Shown: piece by piece, positions 1 to 14,500 of the stretch
Numbering within the stretch: the stretch's first letter is position 1
Layout of the letters: every line of letters starts with the position of its first letter
DNA from: Macrostomum lignano
Lineage: Eukaryota
Direction of reading: 5' to 3'
DNA: 64,000 bases
NCBI GenBank assembly: GCA_002269645.1
Contig: NIVC01002823.1
Span: 62,001 to 126,000 of the forward strand
The notes under the pieces: model-generated
What the model saw: the letters and a program-made list of their open reading frames with translations, nothing else
Database searches by the model: none
Told to the model about the DNA's origin: nothing
Position numbers and translations under genes: made by a program

Positions 1-130
1 GCGAGCCAATAGCGTATTTCGTTATTATTAGAAACGTCGGGGTTGATTCCCAAGGTCATTCTTGTGCATGGCTAGTGTACAGTGTACAGTGGAAACTGGA
101 ATGTACATTCTGTTAACCCCTCAGGACCAA

Positions 131-489
131 CCAAGGAAGATAAATAACAACTGGATTGTCAAACTACTCCACCACCAAAAGGGTTGAATATGCCTAAAAT
201 GTGAACCCGCAAAACCACTGCTTCCTCCTCATTGGCTGATATTTTTAGCTCACTCGCCATACTGACCTATGTACAGTATAAACATTGCCTGGTGGTTAGA
301 AAACTAGCTAGGACGGGAGGGCTCGCGGGCCGTGGTGGGTGTGTTTGCAAAGTTGTTATATATCTTCCTAGTGTATTTGAAACCCTCCAGCCAATGAGCA
401 TGAAGGAGGGGGGGGGGTTTGCGGGACAAAATTTAGGCATGCTTTAGCGCCAGTCTGACAATCCAGTTGTTTATATATATCATCCTTGG
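131..489. repeat. Imperfect long inverted repeat (arms about 131-240 and 386-489); foldback/MITE-like
   Basis: Collinear inverted blocks ccaagga, acaactggattgtca (15 bp), atgcctaaa, cccgcaaa and ctcattggctg occur in both arms. Termini and TSD not resolved. Confidence 0.65.
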
Positions 490-1653
490 GACCAAACCCC
501 CTCTCTGTCTGCGTACTCTAGGCAGATCAGACAGAAAAAGCAACGTAACGTTGTTTATAAACAAAAGCTCCTTTGCTGCCCAGCGATTTCGTGGTAAAAA
601 AATGGTGACAATATTTCTACTTTTTAAAAACAATCGATTCCATAGCATTGTTCACGCGTTGCACAGCACTTTTTCAACGATTTCTAAAACGTTTGAACTC
701 GATGCAAGTCTTCTGTCTGTCTGTGTGCCTGACTCGGAGTTCACCTGTGACGGGCAGTCGGAAACTGATTGAAAAGAGAGGCCAGTCCAACAGAAGTGAT
801 GAGGCAAAAACTTTAAGCGACGGGTGCAATGGCGCAGGCGCTCCGGAATGAATAAGTGGAAAGACAGTGACCGACAGGTCCGTGATGGAGACAGTTGCCA
901 GGCCCGCCTCTCTTTCCTTCATCCCCTCAGGGGATTCTGGGGTCCGGGAGATAGCCCGCAGCGGCCCAGGAGGCAGACCAAGCGATGGAGAGTTAGAAAC
1001 CGAGCAGAAAGAGAGTAGAAAGACAGCAAAATATGGAATTTTTGGCCGGGACAGCGCAGCGCCCGAGCCGCGGGAGCGTGACGGGTTCGGCCCTTGCCAT
1101 AGGTCTGGCCTGCAGGTCTGTGATTTTCGCCGTGACCCCCCGCATTCTCCTTTTCGTCCTTTTTTCGGCGGAGACTCGAGCCCCCGGGCCGCGTCCTTCC
1201 TCCTAGACCCCGGAGGGGCGCGAGGCCGCTTGCCACTGCGGAATGAATGAAGAAATAAGCGACCCCGGCTGTTTCGCCTTCCTCCAGCCAGTTTGCTGCC
1301 CAATTTTCATGCCATCTTCGGGGGGGGGCACGCATGCAGCATCTGCGCTGCAGCTGAGAGTTCTGTCACTATCTTATTTCATTTTCATTTAGCCTCAGTG
1401 AGGACCCGCGCAATGATTCGCATTCCTGTCTATTGGGAATTTTTATCAATTCCGCGCCCTATTAGCTGACCACTGTAGTTACTGCATAACAGGACGTGAA
1501 ACTCAAATATCGTGTGCTGAAAAAATGATTTTCCCTATCTCCGCAGTGTACTCTTTTTTCTTTTCTTGTACTCCTTGGCATCACATGCTCAAAATGTCCG
1601 CATTTGGCATGGTTAAATTAAAATTTACACCAGTCCGTGATCACAAAACTCAC

Positions 1654-1810
1654 AGAGTCCAGTCACGTGATCTCTTTTGTAGCAAGCTCCGTGCAGCTTC
1701 CCAGAGAACATCTCAAGGCCAATGATGGCGTAGATGAGAATTACAAAGATCACCAGCAGAGCGATGTGCAGCAGGGGGAGCATGGCCCGCATTATGGAGT
1801 TCAACACGAC
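1654..1810 (-). CDS. Cav1 alpha-1 coding exon 4 (IS5 and start of pore loop); gene continues off the left edge
   Basis: [44 protein letters not shown]. Acceptor cacag|GTC at 1810 (phase 0); donor CTCT|gtgagt at 1654. Confidence 0.93.
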
Positions 1811-1850
1811 CTGTGCATTGAAGAGAAATCAACAATTGTGGGTTTGGAAT

Positions 1851-2757
1851 CTGGTCACGGAGGTCATAGAGCTACACTCTCTGGTCACGGAGGTCATAGA
1901 GCTACACTCTCTGGTCACGGAGGTCATAGAGCTACACTCTCTGGTCACGGAGGTCGTAGAGCTACACTCTCTGGTCACGGAGGTCATAGAGCTACACTCT
2001 CTGGTCACGGAGGTCATAGAGCTACACTCTCTGGTCACGGAGGTCATAGAGCTACACTCTCTGGTCACGGAGGTCATAAAGCTACACTCTCTGGTCACGG
2101 AGGTCATAGAGCTACACTCTCTGGTCACGGAGGTCATAGAGCTACACTCTCTGGTCACGGAGGTCATAAAGCTACACTCTCTGGTCACGGAGGTCATAGA
2201 GCTACACTCTCTGGTCACGGAGGTCATAGAGCTACACTCTCTGGTCACGGAGGTCATAGAGCTACACTCTCTGGTCATGGAGGTCATAAAGCTACACTCT
2301 CTGGTCACGGAGGTCATAGAGCTACACTCTCTGGTCACGGAGGTCATAAAGCTACACTCTCTGGTCACGGAGGTCATAGAGCTACACTCTCTGGTCACGG
2401 AGGTCATAGAGCTACACTCTCTGGTCACGGAGGTCATAGAGCTACACTCTCTGGTCACGGAGGTCATAGAGCTACACTCTCTGATCACGGAGGTCATAGA
2501 GCTACACTCTCTGGTCACGGAGGTCATGAGCTACACTCTCTGGTCACGGAGGTCATAGAGCTACACTCTCTGGTCACGGAGGTCATAGAGCTACACTCTC
2601 TGGTCACGGAGGTCATAGAGCTACACTCTCTGGTCACGGAGGTCATGAGCTACACTCTCTGGTCACGGAGGTCATAGAGCTACACTCTCTGGTCACGGAG
2701 GTCATAGAGCTACACTCTCTGGTCACGGAGGTCATAGAGCTACACTCTCTGGTCATA
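1851..2757. repeat. 30-bp minisatellite, about 30 copies, filling a Cav1 intron
   Basis: Unit ctctggtcacggaggtcatagagctacact. Confidence 0.98.
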
Positions 2758-2788
2758 GAGTCTGCCTCAGTCAAATTCGAATCCGTAC

Positions 2789-3046
2789 CTGCAAGCTGGG
2801 CAGTCCTGAGACGAGTCGCAGCGGTCTGAGCACCCTGAACGCTCTCAACGCTTTGATGTCGAGTGTGTTCGGCGAGACAACCCGCTGTAGCAGGATGCTG
2901 ATCAGGCCGATCACCACAATGACAAAGTCGAGCGCGTTCCAGAAATTTCTCAAGTAGGAGTTCGGGTCCATGACGAAACCCTGCGCGATTATCTTTAGGC
3001 AGCACTCGGCAGTGAAGATGCCGGTGAACACCAACTCCAGCTTTTC
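2789..3046 (-). CDS. Cav1 alpha-1 coding exon 3 (IS2-IS4 including the voltage sensor)
   Basis: [23 protein letters not shown]...WNALDFVIV...[22 protein letters not shown]. Acceptor ctacag|GAA; donor CAG|gtacgg; 258 nt, phase 0/0. Confidence 0.96.
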
Positions 3047-3113
3047 CTGTAGAGCCAAGCAGTTTAGTTTACAAAAGGACTTTCACTTTAAACTCGTTCA
3101 ATAATGGTAAAGA

Positions 3114-3341
3114 GACACCCAGCAACAGCAGACACCCAGCAACAGCAGACACCCAGCAACAGCAGACACCCAGCAACAGTAGACACCCAGCAACAGCAGA
3201 CACCCAGCAACAGCAGACACCCAGCAACAGCAGACACCCAGCAACAGTAGACACCCAGCAACAGTAGACACCCAGCAACAGCAGACACCCAGCAACAGTA
3301 GACACCCAGCAACAGCAGACACCCAGCAATCTCAGACACCC
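3114..3341. repeat. 17-bp minisatellite, about 13 copies, in a Cav1 intron
   Basis: Unit gacacccagcaacagca. Confidence 0.97.
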
Positions 3342-3353
3342 ATCAAGCCTCAC

Positions 3354-3459
3354 CAAGAAGTGATTGACATCGTTGGAGTCGGACTCCGGGTAGGGAGTTG
3401 TGGCTGCCAGAGCCACACAGTTGGCGAAGATTGTCAGCAAGATGATCACCTCAAATGGT
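3354..3459 (-). CDS. Cav1 alpha-1 coding exon 2 (IS1)
   Basis: (K)[35 protein letters not shown]. Acceptor ttccag|A (phase 2); donor TTG|gtgagg; 106 nt. Confidence 0.95.
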
Positions 3460-6400
3460 CTGGAAGAGGCAGTTTTTTGTTAAAGTTGCGATAAATAGTA
3501 AAACGCGGGCACTGATAAAAGTTCACTCTCGCCCTCAGCTTCCCGGGGATTTCATAGAGAGCGTCACGGTCAATACTCGCCGCATCGCTGCTATTATTTC
3601 CCATTCCCGCCCTCACCTCCCCCTGAGTATCCGCACGCCCGCCAGCCAGACTCCCCGAGTCAATATTTGCCCCCTGGCTTCGCAGACTTGGCTTGCCAGC
3701 AGACGGGGTGAGAAATGACGGAGACAATAGTCTAACCAAAGGAAGTTCTTTTGTTGCTACGCGGTTAGACTGACATTTTATCCTATCGATTGCTGGGTAA
3801 AAATGGAGTAAAAAATGCGATGATAGAAAATCATAAGATGGTGTCAAGTTATAAAGATGAAAAATTGAGGGATACGATCGAGAGAGAAAGAGAGAGAAGG
3901 GACAGAGAGTGGGTGGGTGAAGGAGCAAACAGATCAGGAAGATACGGCTTCGAAGATCGACCTCGATTGCATGGAAGAAGAAAGAGAAAAGATCGAAGAA
4001 AGCAGGCTCTGGCCCGGGCCGAGGGACGGAGGCGATGCTTGGGGGGGCGAGAGAGAAACGGCGCAGTCCTGATGGCGACTTGATTGGCGCGGGCCGGCGC
4101 TCAGCTGGAGGTAATAAAATTGAAATCGCAAATTAGAAGCCGCTCTGAGTCGGCCGCCATGGAAACCCGACTGGGGAAGTGGGAGGAGAAGGGAGAGGGG
4201 GACATGGGGCGGCCAGAAACAGCGGGAGCCTGAAGAGGTCGGTCAGCGGATCCCAGAGTAAAAGGCTGAGGATATTGGGGATTTGAGTAGGTCCGGCTGC
4301 ATCTCAATCTCCCTCGCTCCTCCTGAGTCATTCAAGTGCAGAAAACTGCTGGACCATAGCCTCATGCCCTCTCTGGGGCGCCACTCCAGTCTCAAACTTT
4401 ACTTCTTTCCATTCCTTCATCTTCTGTACAGAATCTCGAATCATTCATTAACGAATTGCACAAAGTGTATGATTAGCAATCGGATAAAAAATCATGTCGT
4501 AGCAAGAGTCAGGCTTTGTGTGTGCTTCGCCGGGTTTTACAGCTTGATATCTGATTTAATGACATGCATACCAATAAATTGGAAAAACAGCATTGAAAAG
4601 TGCAAAAATTTAAAAGTACATAACCTAATGAATTGAATGTAAGTTGACCTGTTCTGTGAAATTCATCCGACTGTTTCACTCTTAGTTTCTCCGTTTCTTA
4701 GTTTGACAGAGACATTGCACAGAACTCTGTCGCTAATGCTGACCAAATCTCTTCAAACTCTTTAAAGTTAATCCTCTGCATCCATGCTTCATATCAAAGT
4801 TGCTGTCTGGATGATGAATCCTGCCAGCTGAGCAGCTCGGGCCCTGATTCCATTGAATTCTCTTAATCCTACCGGTCAGCCGGGCGATGCCGAGGGTCGA
4901 ATCAGACCGCACTCCGGTGCCGGGGGGAGAGAGAGAAAGAGAAGAGAGAAAAGAAAAAATGAAGCAGATGAAGCAGCTTCCTCCCGGGAGAAGAGGAGAG
5001 AGCGCCTTCCGCGCAGAACGGTAAAGGATTTCCCTGAAATTCTCCTGCCAGCCGAAATTGGGCCCAAGAGAAGCCGCTCGCGGCGCCCAGACGGAGACGC
5101 CACCACCCCCAAGCCACGGGAAAGCGGCAGAGAGAGAGAGGGAGACACCGAGGAATAAAATGGCGAGTAGAATGAAGGGATAAAAGTGCCCCAAAACCGG
5201 GTGCTTGAACCCACTCGGATCTGCTTTCCCTCTCGCGCAATGATCCCCAATCTCGTGCCTGCCTGGGAATTTGCGAGGGAGTAGGCGAACGGGGGGGGCA
5301 ATTCAGAAACCTGAGCCTTCACTGATTTGGCTGTTCCCCCCCCGTACAGTGCAGAGGTCTTGAATTCGAAACTTTCACTCTGACTGCTTCATCATCAGTT
5401 TGTCGTACTGGATAAGTTCATTGAGGATTTTTTTCCACTTTCCTTCTTTCATTGGCACAGCAAATGGGATGGCGGGAAGCCGAAGCCCCGCCATTCCCAA
5501 AGCCAGAGGGGGGCTTAGGAAAAAGAAAAAAGAGGGAAGCGAGGATTAGAAGAGTGACGCACTAATTTGACCAAAAGCCGTGGGGTAGGGCGGGAGATGC
5601 AGCGCCCAGGGGAGAATTGGCATCTGCAGGCGGCAGGTTTAGGGGGGCAGAGGACAGCAGCTCAGTTGCTTCTGTCACCTTTCCTCGAAGCAGCCGTCGC
5701 TGATTCTCTGCACGCATGAGCCAGCACCAGCCGATGTATGCCAGCTCGGCAAAGGTGGAGTGCGGGTGATGGTGTGCCGGAGAGGGACAGACAGGAGAGG
5801 TAAGGCAGAGATGCAGCTTCCAGCTGGGAGATAGAAGACCGACTCTGCCTAATCAGATTCCTCTCGATTCGCCGGGGCAGAAGGGCAGCCGGGAAAATCA
5901 AATCTGCTGCCTGCCACTTCCAACTTCGGGGGCTCTCGCTGGCTCAAATGAACGAGTGTCTGCCTGCCCGCCTGTGGGTTGCGAGCCGAATGGCTTGGAA
6001 TTGTGCCAGGGATCTTGTGGGCGAGGGATAGCGAGAGCAATTCTTGGGGATAAAACTCCACCGGGGATAGTCTTCCCTAGCGAGTAGTCGCCGGCTGAAT
6101 CGAGGTGGATGGAAGAGGAGGCGGAGAAGGGGGCAAGATAGAGAGATGCGGAAAGCCGGTAGCCGGGGTAATCCCCATCCCGCTCCCTCCTTCTCTGTCG
6201 TTTCTCCCTTGATTTACGCTCCAGCTTGCAGGTCTTTGACGCAGGCCGGCTGCCAGGGGCTTCCAGCAGCAGCTCCCTTGCGTCTTCTCTAAGAACAACA
6301 AAAGCGCTTCCCGACCCTGCTGCCTTCCCTTCTTCGCTCCATTCATTCCGCCTCTCCTTCCCCATGGCTGCGCAAAGGGGCTGTGTTTTGCGTGTTATTG

Positions 6401-6568
6401 TCTTCAGCGGTCCTTGCTTCCGCTATCTTCCTCCTGTCTGTGCAGCACCCTACCGCACACCATGGCTTTTTCTAAAGCACTGACTTGGTTAACAGGTTCG
6501 CGCCTATTTTTATTGGGACGCTCCATGATCCAGTAATGTTAATATTTTTGTCAGAATACGCTGATCCG

Positions 6569-7223
6569 GACACATCTGACTGGAGCAGCCTGTTGGCATC
6601 GGTGGGATATTGAATGACACATCTGACTGGAGCAGCCTGTTGGCATTGGTGGGATATTGAATGACACATCTGACTGGAGCAGCCTGTTGGCAGCGGTGGG
6701 ATATTGAATGACACATCTGACTGGAGCAGCCTGTTGGCATCGGTGGGATATTGAATGACATCTGACTGGAGCAGCCTGTTGGCATTGGTGGGATATTGAA
6801 TGACATCTGACTGGAGCAGCTTGTTGGCATCGGTGGGATATTGAATGACATCTGACTGGAGCAGCCTGTTGGCATTGGTGGGATATTGAATGACATCTGA
6901 CTGGAGCAGCTTGTTGGCATTGGTGGGATATTGAATGACATCTGACTGGAGCAGCCTGTTGGCATCGGTGGGATATTGAATGACATCTGACTGGAGCAGC
7001 CTGTTGGCAGCGGTGGGATATTGAATGACATCTGACTGGAGCAGCCTGTTAGCATCGGTGGGATATTGAATGACATCTGACTGGAGCAGCCTGTTGGCAT
7101 TGGTGGGATATTGAATGACATCTGACTGGAGCAGCCTGTTGGCATCGGTGGGATATTGAATGACATCTGACTGGAGCAGCCTGTTGGCATCGGTGGGATA
7201 TTGAATGACATCTGACTGGAGCA
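6569..7223. repeat. 45-bp (47-bp in first units) minisatellite, about 14 copies, in a Cav1 intron
   Basis: Unit tgacatctgactggagcagcctgttggcatcggtgggatattgaa. Confidence 0.97.
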
Positions 7224-7979
7224 CATGAATAGCCAGTGAGGCAGCTAATTAATTTTAGGTGACCTATGATGAGCTAGGGGCTGCGACGGACCGAGAGAGG
7301 GCGACGAAGGGAGCAATAAAAGAGTCCACGGCAATAACAAGGACTTCGATCGATAGAGCCGGGAAATGAGAAGCAGAAAAATAACCTTGGCGTCAGGAAT
7401 TGATTAAGAAATTTGCCCAAGAATTGCTCTCCAGTCTGCTTTGCTTCCTTTTTGCTTGCCTCCAGAGCCAGAAAATATTTCCTGACGCAGGCAGCTCGGG
7501 CCCTCGGTCGAGTAGGCCACTGCAGGACCCGCACTCCATCTTTCTTTCGCAGTAGCTTCTCGCGAGTCATTCAAGCAATGTCCACTCTTTTATTCGCTCT
7601 CTCTCTTCCCTCTCTGGCCAGGGCCGCTTGCACTTCCTCAGTGACTAAAGGAGTAGTAAAAGCGCGAAATAAGGAGACACTCGAGTCTTCCCATGCCCGG
7701 CCTGGTTTTGTGATTTGCCCAAAGGTCCCTTTGCACTCTGAGAGGAGTGAGCGCCAGCAGCTGACTGTGTCTGTGCCTTTGAGTCCCCACTACTAACGAG
7801 AGGCCCAACTCTCAGAAACGACCGCCAGTGTTTGCCGACCATTCAACCGAGATACAGCCTGGATCAGCGCTTTGGCTTCCATCTACTTAGTCAATATTTA
7901 CTAATGGCAAAGCGAGAATGCACTGTCGGAGTAATGCGCCACTCCCTGATCAAAGGAGGACTTACTGCAAGAAGGAAAC

Positions 7980-8150
7980 ACTCCTGACACAACTACCTGT
8001 CAGGGTGAGATACTCCTGACACATCTACCTACCAGGGTAAGCTACTCCTGACACATCCACCTACCAGGGTGAGCTACTCCTGACACATCCACCTACCAGG
8101 GTGAGCTACTCCTGACACATCCACCTACCAGGGTGAGATACTCCTGACAC
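7980..8150. repeat. 32-bp minisatellite, about 5.5 copies, just inside the Cav1 exon 1 donor
   Basis: Unit actcctgacacatccacctaccagggtgagct; unit starts at 7980, 8012, 8044, 8076, 8108, 8140. Confidence 0.93.
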
Positions 8151-8205
8151 TGTGCTACCTGCCGGACTAAGGTACTCCCCACTGGGATACTGAGTATGCA
8201 CTCAC

Positions 8206-8723
8206 TTCAGGTCAACCACTTTGATGATGAGCTTGCGCAGCGGATTGTCGATGGTCAGGCAGAACAGCACGCGGTTCGGCCGCTTGTCCCGCGGCTCCGT
8301 GCGCACCTGTCTGGCTGCGCCCGCCTTCCGCTGGCTCTGCTGCTGCGCCAGCAGCGCAGTCATCGCCACAGACATCAGGTCGTTCGGCTGGCCGTTGGCT
8401 CCGGTTGCTGATGCACTTTTACTCGCTGCCGCGGCTCCTCCTGCTGTTGCACCTGCTGCTGCTGCTGCTGCTGAGGTGGAGGCGGCCGCGGCTGCATTGC
8501 CGCTGTTGTTAGCAGCTGTACAATGCGGATGGTGCTGGACCCGGTGCTGCTGCTGCGGCTGTTGATTCGGTTTTGTACCAGTTGCTGCACCAGGATTTGA
8601 GTGAGGCTGCTGCTGCTGCGGCTTGATCCCAGCTGTCTGGTTTTGCCTGCGGGCCCGCAGCGCAGCTGCATCAGGCGCATTGGCCGCACTGGCCGGCCTA
8701 TTGTGGTTCGGCCTGGCCTCCAT
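8206..8723 (-). CDS. L-type voltage-gated calcium channel (Cav1) alpha-1 subunit, N-terminal coding exon
   Basis: Q/A-rich N-terminus ending RPNRVLFCLTIDNPLRKLIIKVVDL(K), resembling the Cav1 pre-IS1 motif. Donor AA|gtgag (phase 2) joins the 3459 exon to give [17 protein letters not shown] favours Cav1 over Cav2. Paralogue not assignable. Confidence 0.88.
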
Positions 8724-9730
8724 TGGCTTGGCACCGGAGAACTGAGCTGGCAGGGGGCAGCGGCTGCTCAGCTCTGATGGAGGGGGAGAGGGGAGAGTGC
8801 ACAGTGCATTGAGGCTGCGCTCAGCTGATAAAGAGGTTAGCGGCCTGCAGGTGCTTTCAGCTTTGTTATACTATTAAATGTGATGTGAGTTCGGCATTTC
8901 AAGAAACCCGTTTTCTCTGTTTAGCCCCGTCTTTCCACGCCGTCTTGCGGCCCCCATCCACTCTCTTCTCGACCGAGTGAAAACGAAGATTGCACTTTTT
9001 TATGTCATCAACCGCGGCTTGTGTTGTTCTTTGCTTTAATGTTGCTTTAACAAAAATAGCTCTAAAGTTCTTGAATGATGCTACTCCTTCAAAGATCCTT
9101 GAAGCGCTCTGATTGGAATCCGGAGAGGGTTGGGCTTCCGAAGAGGAGGAGCTGAGGAGGGGATGGGAAGGCAGTCTACGCTGCAAGCGTGACACTGACT
9201 CCGTGAGCGAATTAAAGGAAGCAGAGCGCTTTGAGACTACTAGCGGATCCGCAGTCAGAATTTTGTTTTAATCAAGTCTGCCGCCTTAATGAGCTGCTGG
9301 CAGCAAAAAAGCTGGCTTCTGCGACCCAGGTAAGCAAGCTAGAAGTCTTCAAGAGACTCTCTACTCACTTTGTGAGTGCAGAGAAAGTCTTTGGTGGATT
9401 TCAGGCCCAAAGAATAGTTGCTATGTAGAAATCGGCAGCTGGATTGCCAGCCCCTAGGAGTGAACTACAACTGTGGGAACTCGAGATGGAGATGGAGCTG
9501 AGCTGAACCAGATTCCATCGGTGTGGAATCAGCCAGTCTGCAAATTATTGTGTCTTGGGGGGGGGGGGTGGGGCTCCAACTTGAAGCAGAAAATGCTGAA
9601 GAGAGGCGTCGGAATAAATTACCGCTGGTGCTGCTGCGCCTAAATAAATATTTGAATTGAAGAGAGCTGATGAGATCGGGCACACTGGCCGAATAAACAG
9701 CGCTTTGTATGAGCAGAGGAATGCGGACAG

Positions 9731-10326
<596 letters not shown>

Positions 10327-11564
10327 GATGGATTCTCAGCAGGATTGACCCTGCCAATGCAGAGCGAAGTGGCTGCGGCTCATGGGACACAGGAGGGCAG
10401 GCCTGTGCTGCAGGGCCAGCAGCTGAAAGAGTGAATGGATGAACACGGGGGCAGCAGCGGGCATGCATCAATGTCAGGGCTGGAGAGCATTGGAGCCAGT
10501 GAAGTGAGGAGAAGATGAGCCCGAGCGAGCAGAAGAGAGAGATCCGGTTGGGAAGATGGATGGGAAAGGGGAGGAGCTTATTTTTCGAGTAGGCCCGGTC
10601 AAGTCTCTGAGACGGATCAAAGCTCCTCAAACTTCTTCAGCAGCAAGGTTGTTTCGAACCGATCGCATTCGATAGTAGGAGCAGCCTGTGCACTGATTCA
10701 GGCGCGGGCCCAGCGAGCCAACTTCACTACTGTCAGTAGAGCAGGCGAAATATTAATTTAGAGCGAGAATAACAAAAATGTAAAATGGTGCGCCCAGTCA
10801 GCCATCAGCATTCACTCTGGACTTTCCGACTTCCAGACAAGCTTTCAGAGACCGCGGGGGATATTAAACGCGCATATTGTCCAATTTGAAGCTAAAAAGC
10901 CTCCCATAAATTTGGGCTCTGGACCGCCACTCCGTCGCAGGCTGCCGACACCTCCCCGTCCCTCATCGCCGATAGACTAATTAATAATCCGCCAGCATCA
11001 GACCCACATCCTGTCGTTTTCTCCTGTTTTATTCTCTCAAAGCATTTCTGCCCTCCTTCGGCCGATTCCCTGGGGGGTTCGGGAGGGGGAAGATTGCGTG
11101 GTGTTTATACACTGCATTGTCTGGCGGGGTCAAGCAACAATGCAGGTGGGAGGCTGGAGGCTGTCAGTCAGGTAGATTTGCGGCACAATCAGCAGGCGGA
11201 TGGGAATACTGATAAATAGATATTCTTCAAACTAGTGCAATGGCTGGGGTTTTATTATATAATCAATCACCCATTATCGAGTGCAATTACTAAATTTGTA
11301 CCTGTCTATCAGGAAGCTTATCCCGGATTAGTTATTACTAAGCAGTAGCAGCATTTGTACTTTTAATTATATTCTTGTCAGAATTCTGACTACAGCTGAC
11401 AGGATTTAATTAACAGGTTGCAAGTCAGCTGCCGCCACGCTGGATGTTTCATCAGGGAATGCACTGTGAGATCAAACACGACTTCGGATCCCAAGGAGAG
11501 AGAAAATTAATCTTGAATATAAAACTCGCATCGAGCAACCCCAAGCTGACACGAACCATCCAGC

Positions 11565-14500
11565 TCACAATAAGCTACCCCAACTCACATCAAGCTACCC
11601 CAACTCACACCAAGCTACAACCAACTCACAACAAGCTACACCCAACTCACAACAAGCTACACCCAACTCACAACAAGCAACACCCAACTCACAACAAGCT
11701 ACACCCAACTCACAACAAGCTACACCCAACTCACAACAAGTTACACCCAACTCACAAGCTACACCCAACTCACAACAAGCAACACCCAACTCACAAGCTA
11801 CACCCAAATCACAAGCTACACCCAACTCACAACAAGCTACACTCAACTCACAACAACCAACAACCAACTCACAAGCTACACCCAACTCACAACAAGCTAC
11901 ACCCAACTCACAACAAGCTACACCCAACTCACAACAAGCTACACCCAACTCACATGCTACACCCAACTCACAAGCTACAACCAACTCACAAAAAGCTACA
12001 CCCAACTCACAACAAGCTACACCCAACTCACAACAAGCTACACCCAAGTCACATGCTACACCCAACTCACAAGCTACAACCAACTCACAAGCTACACCCA
12101 ACTCACAACAAGCTACACCCAACTCACAACAAGCTACACCCAACTCACAACAAGCTACACCCAACTCACAACAAGCTACACCCAACTCACAACAAGCTAT
12201 ACCCAACTCACAACAAGCTACACCCAACTCACAACAAGCTACACCCAACTAACAACAAGCTACACCCAACTCACAACAAGCTACACCCAACTCACAACAA
12301 GCTACACCCAACTCACAACAAGCTACATCCAACTCACAACAAGCTACACCCAACTCACAACAAGCTACACCCAACTCACAACAAGCTACACCCAACTCAC
12401 AACAAGCTACACCCAACTCACAACAAGCTATACCCAACTCACAACAAGCTACACCCAACTCACAACAAGCTACACCCAACTAACAACAAGCTACACCCAA
12501 CTCACAACAAGCTACACCCAACTCACAACAAGCTACACCCAACTCACAGCAAGCTACACCCAACTCACAACAAGCTACATCCAACTCACAACAAGCTACA
12601 CCCAACTCACAAGCTACACCCAAATCACAAGCTACACCCAACTCACAACAAGCTACACTCAACTCACAACAACCAACAACCAACTCACAAGCTACACCCA
12701 ACTCACAACAAGCTACACCCAACTCACAACAAGCTACACCCAACTCACAACAAGCTACACCCAACTCACATGCTACACCCAACTCACAAGCTACAACCAA
12801 CTCACAAAAAGCTACACCCAACTCACAACAAGCTACACCCAACTCACAACAAGCTACACCCAAGTCACATGCTACACCCAACTCACAAGCTACAACCAAC
12901 TCACAAGCTACACCCAACTCACAACAAGCTACACCCAACTCACAACAAGCTACACCCAACTCACAACAAGCTACACCCAACTCACAACAAGCTACACCCA
13001 ACTCACAACAAGCTATACCCAACTCACAACAAGCTACACCCAACTCACAACAAGCTACACCCAACTAACAACAAGCTACACCCAACTCACAACAAGCTAC
13101 ACCCAACTCACAACAAGCTACACCCAACTCACAACAAGCTACATCCAACTCACAACAAGCTACACCCAACTCACAACAAGCTACACCCAACTCACAACAA
13201 GCTACACCCAACTCACAACAAGCTACACCCAACTCACAACAAGCTATACCCAACTCACAACAAGCTACACCCAACTCACAACAAGCTACACCCAACTAAC
13301 AACAAGCTACACCCAACTCACAACAAGCTACACCCAACTCACAACAAGCTACACCTAACTCACAGCAAGCTACACCCAACTCACAACAAGCTACACCCAA
13401 CTCACAACTAGCTACACCCAACTAACAACAAGCTACACCCAACTCACAACAAGCTACATCCAACTCACAACAAGCAACACCCAACTCACAACAAGCTACA
13501 CCCAACTCACAACAAGCTACACCCAACTCACAACAAGCTACACCCAACTCACAACAAGCTACACCCAACTCACAACAAGCTACACCCAACTCACAACAAG
13601 CTACACCCAACTCACAACAAGCTACACCCAACTCACAAAAAGCTACACCCAACTCACAACAAGCTACACCCAACTAACAACAAGCTACACTCAACTCACA
13701 AGCTACACCCAACTCACAAAAAGCTACACCCAACTCACAACAAGCTACACCCAACTCACAACAAGCTACACTCAACTCACAAGCTACACCCAACTCACAA
13801 AAAGCTACACCCAACTCACAACAAGCTACACCCAACTCACAACAAGCTACACCCAACTCACAACAAGCTACACCCAACTCACAACAAGCTACACCCAACT
13901 CACAACAAGCTACACCCAACTCACAACAAGCTACACCCAACTCACAGCAAGCTACACCCAACTCACAACAAGCTACACCCAACTAACAACAAGCTACACC
14001 CAACTCACAACAAGCTACATCCAACTCACAACAAGCAACACCCAACTCACAACAAGCTACACCCAACTCACAACAAGCTACACCCAACTCACAACAAGCT
14101 ACACCCAACTCACAGCAAGCTACACCCAACTCACAACAAGCTACACCCAACTCACAACAAGCTACACCCAACTAACAACAAGCTACACCCAACTCACAAC
14201 AAGCTACATCCAACTCACAACAAGCAACACCCAACTCACAACAAGCTACACCCAACTCACAACAAGCTACACCCAACTCACAACAAGCTACACCCAACTC
14301 ACAACAAGCTACACCCAACTAACAACAAGCTACACCCAACTCACAACAAGCTACACCCAACTCACAACAAGCTACACCCAACTCACAACAAGAAACAACC
14401 AACTCACAAGCTACACCCAACTCACAACAAGCTACACCCAACTCACAACAAGCTACATCCAACTCACAACAAGCTACACCCAACTCACAACAAGCTACAC

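Noticed and set aside
113-129. TTAA-CCCC piggyBac-like left end
   Set aside because: No matching GGGG-TTAA right end was found nearby.
1-1653. Next Cav1 exon (domain I pore, GITNFDN...EGWT)
   Set aside because: Not found on the minus strand. The one FDN match near 160 is preceded by a stop, so the exon presumably lies left of the window.
1637-2677. Long ORFs (346, 274, 232 aa) in several frames
   Set aside because: They are translations of the 30-bp intronic VNTR, and the real exons lie on the minus strand on either side.
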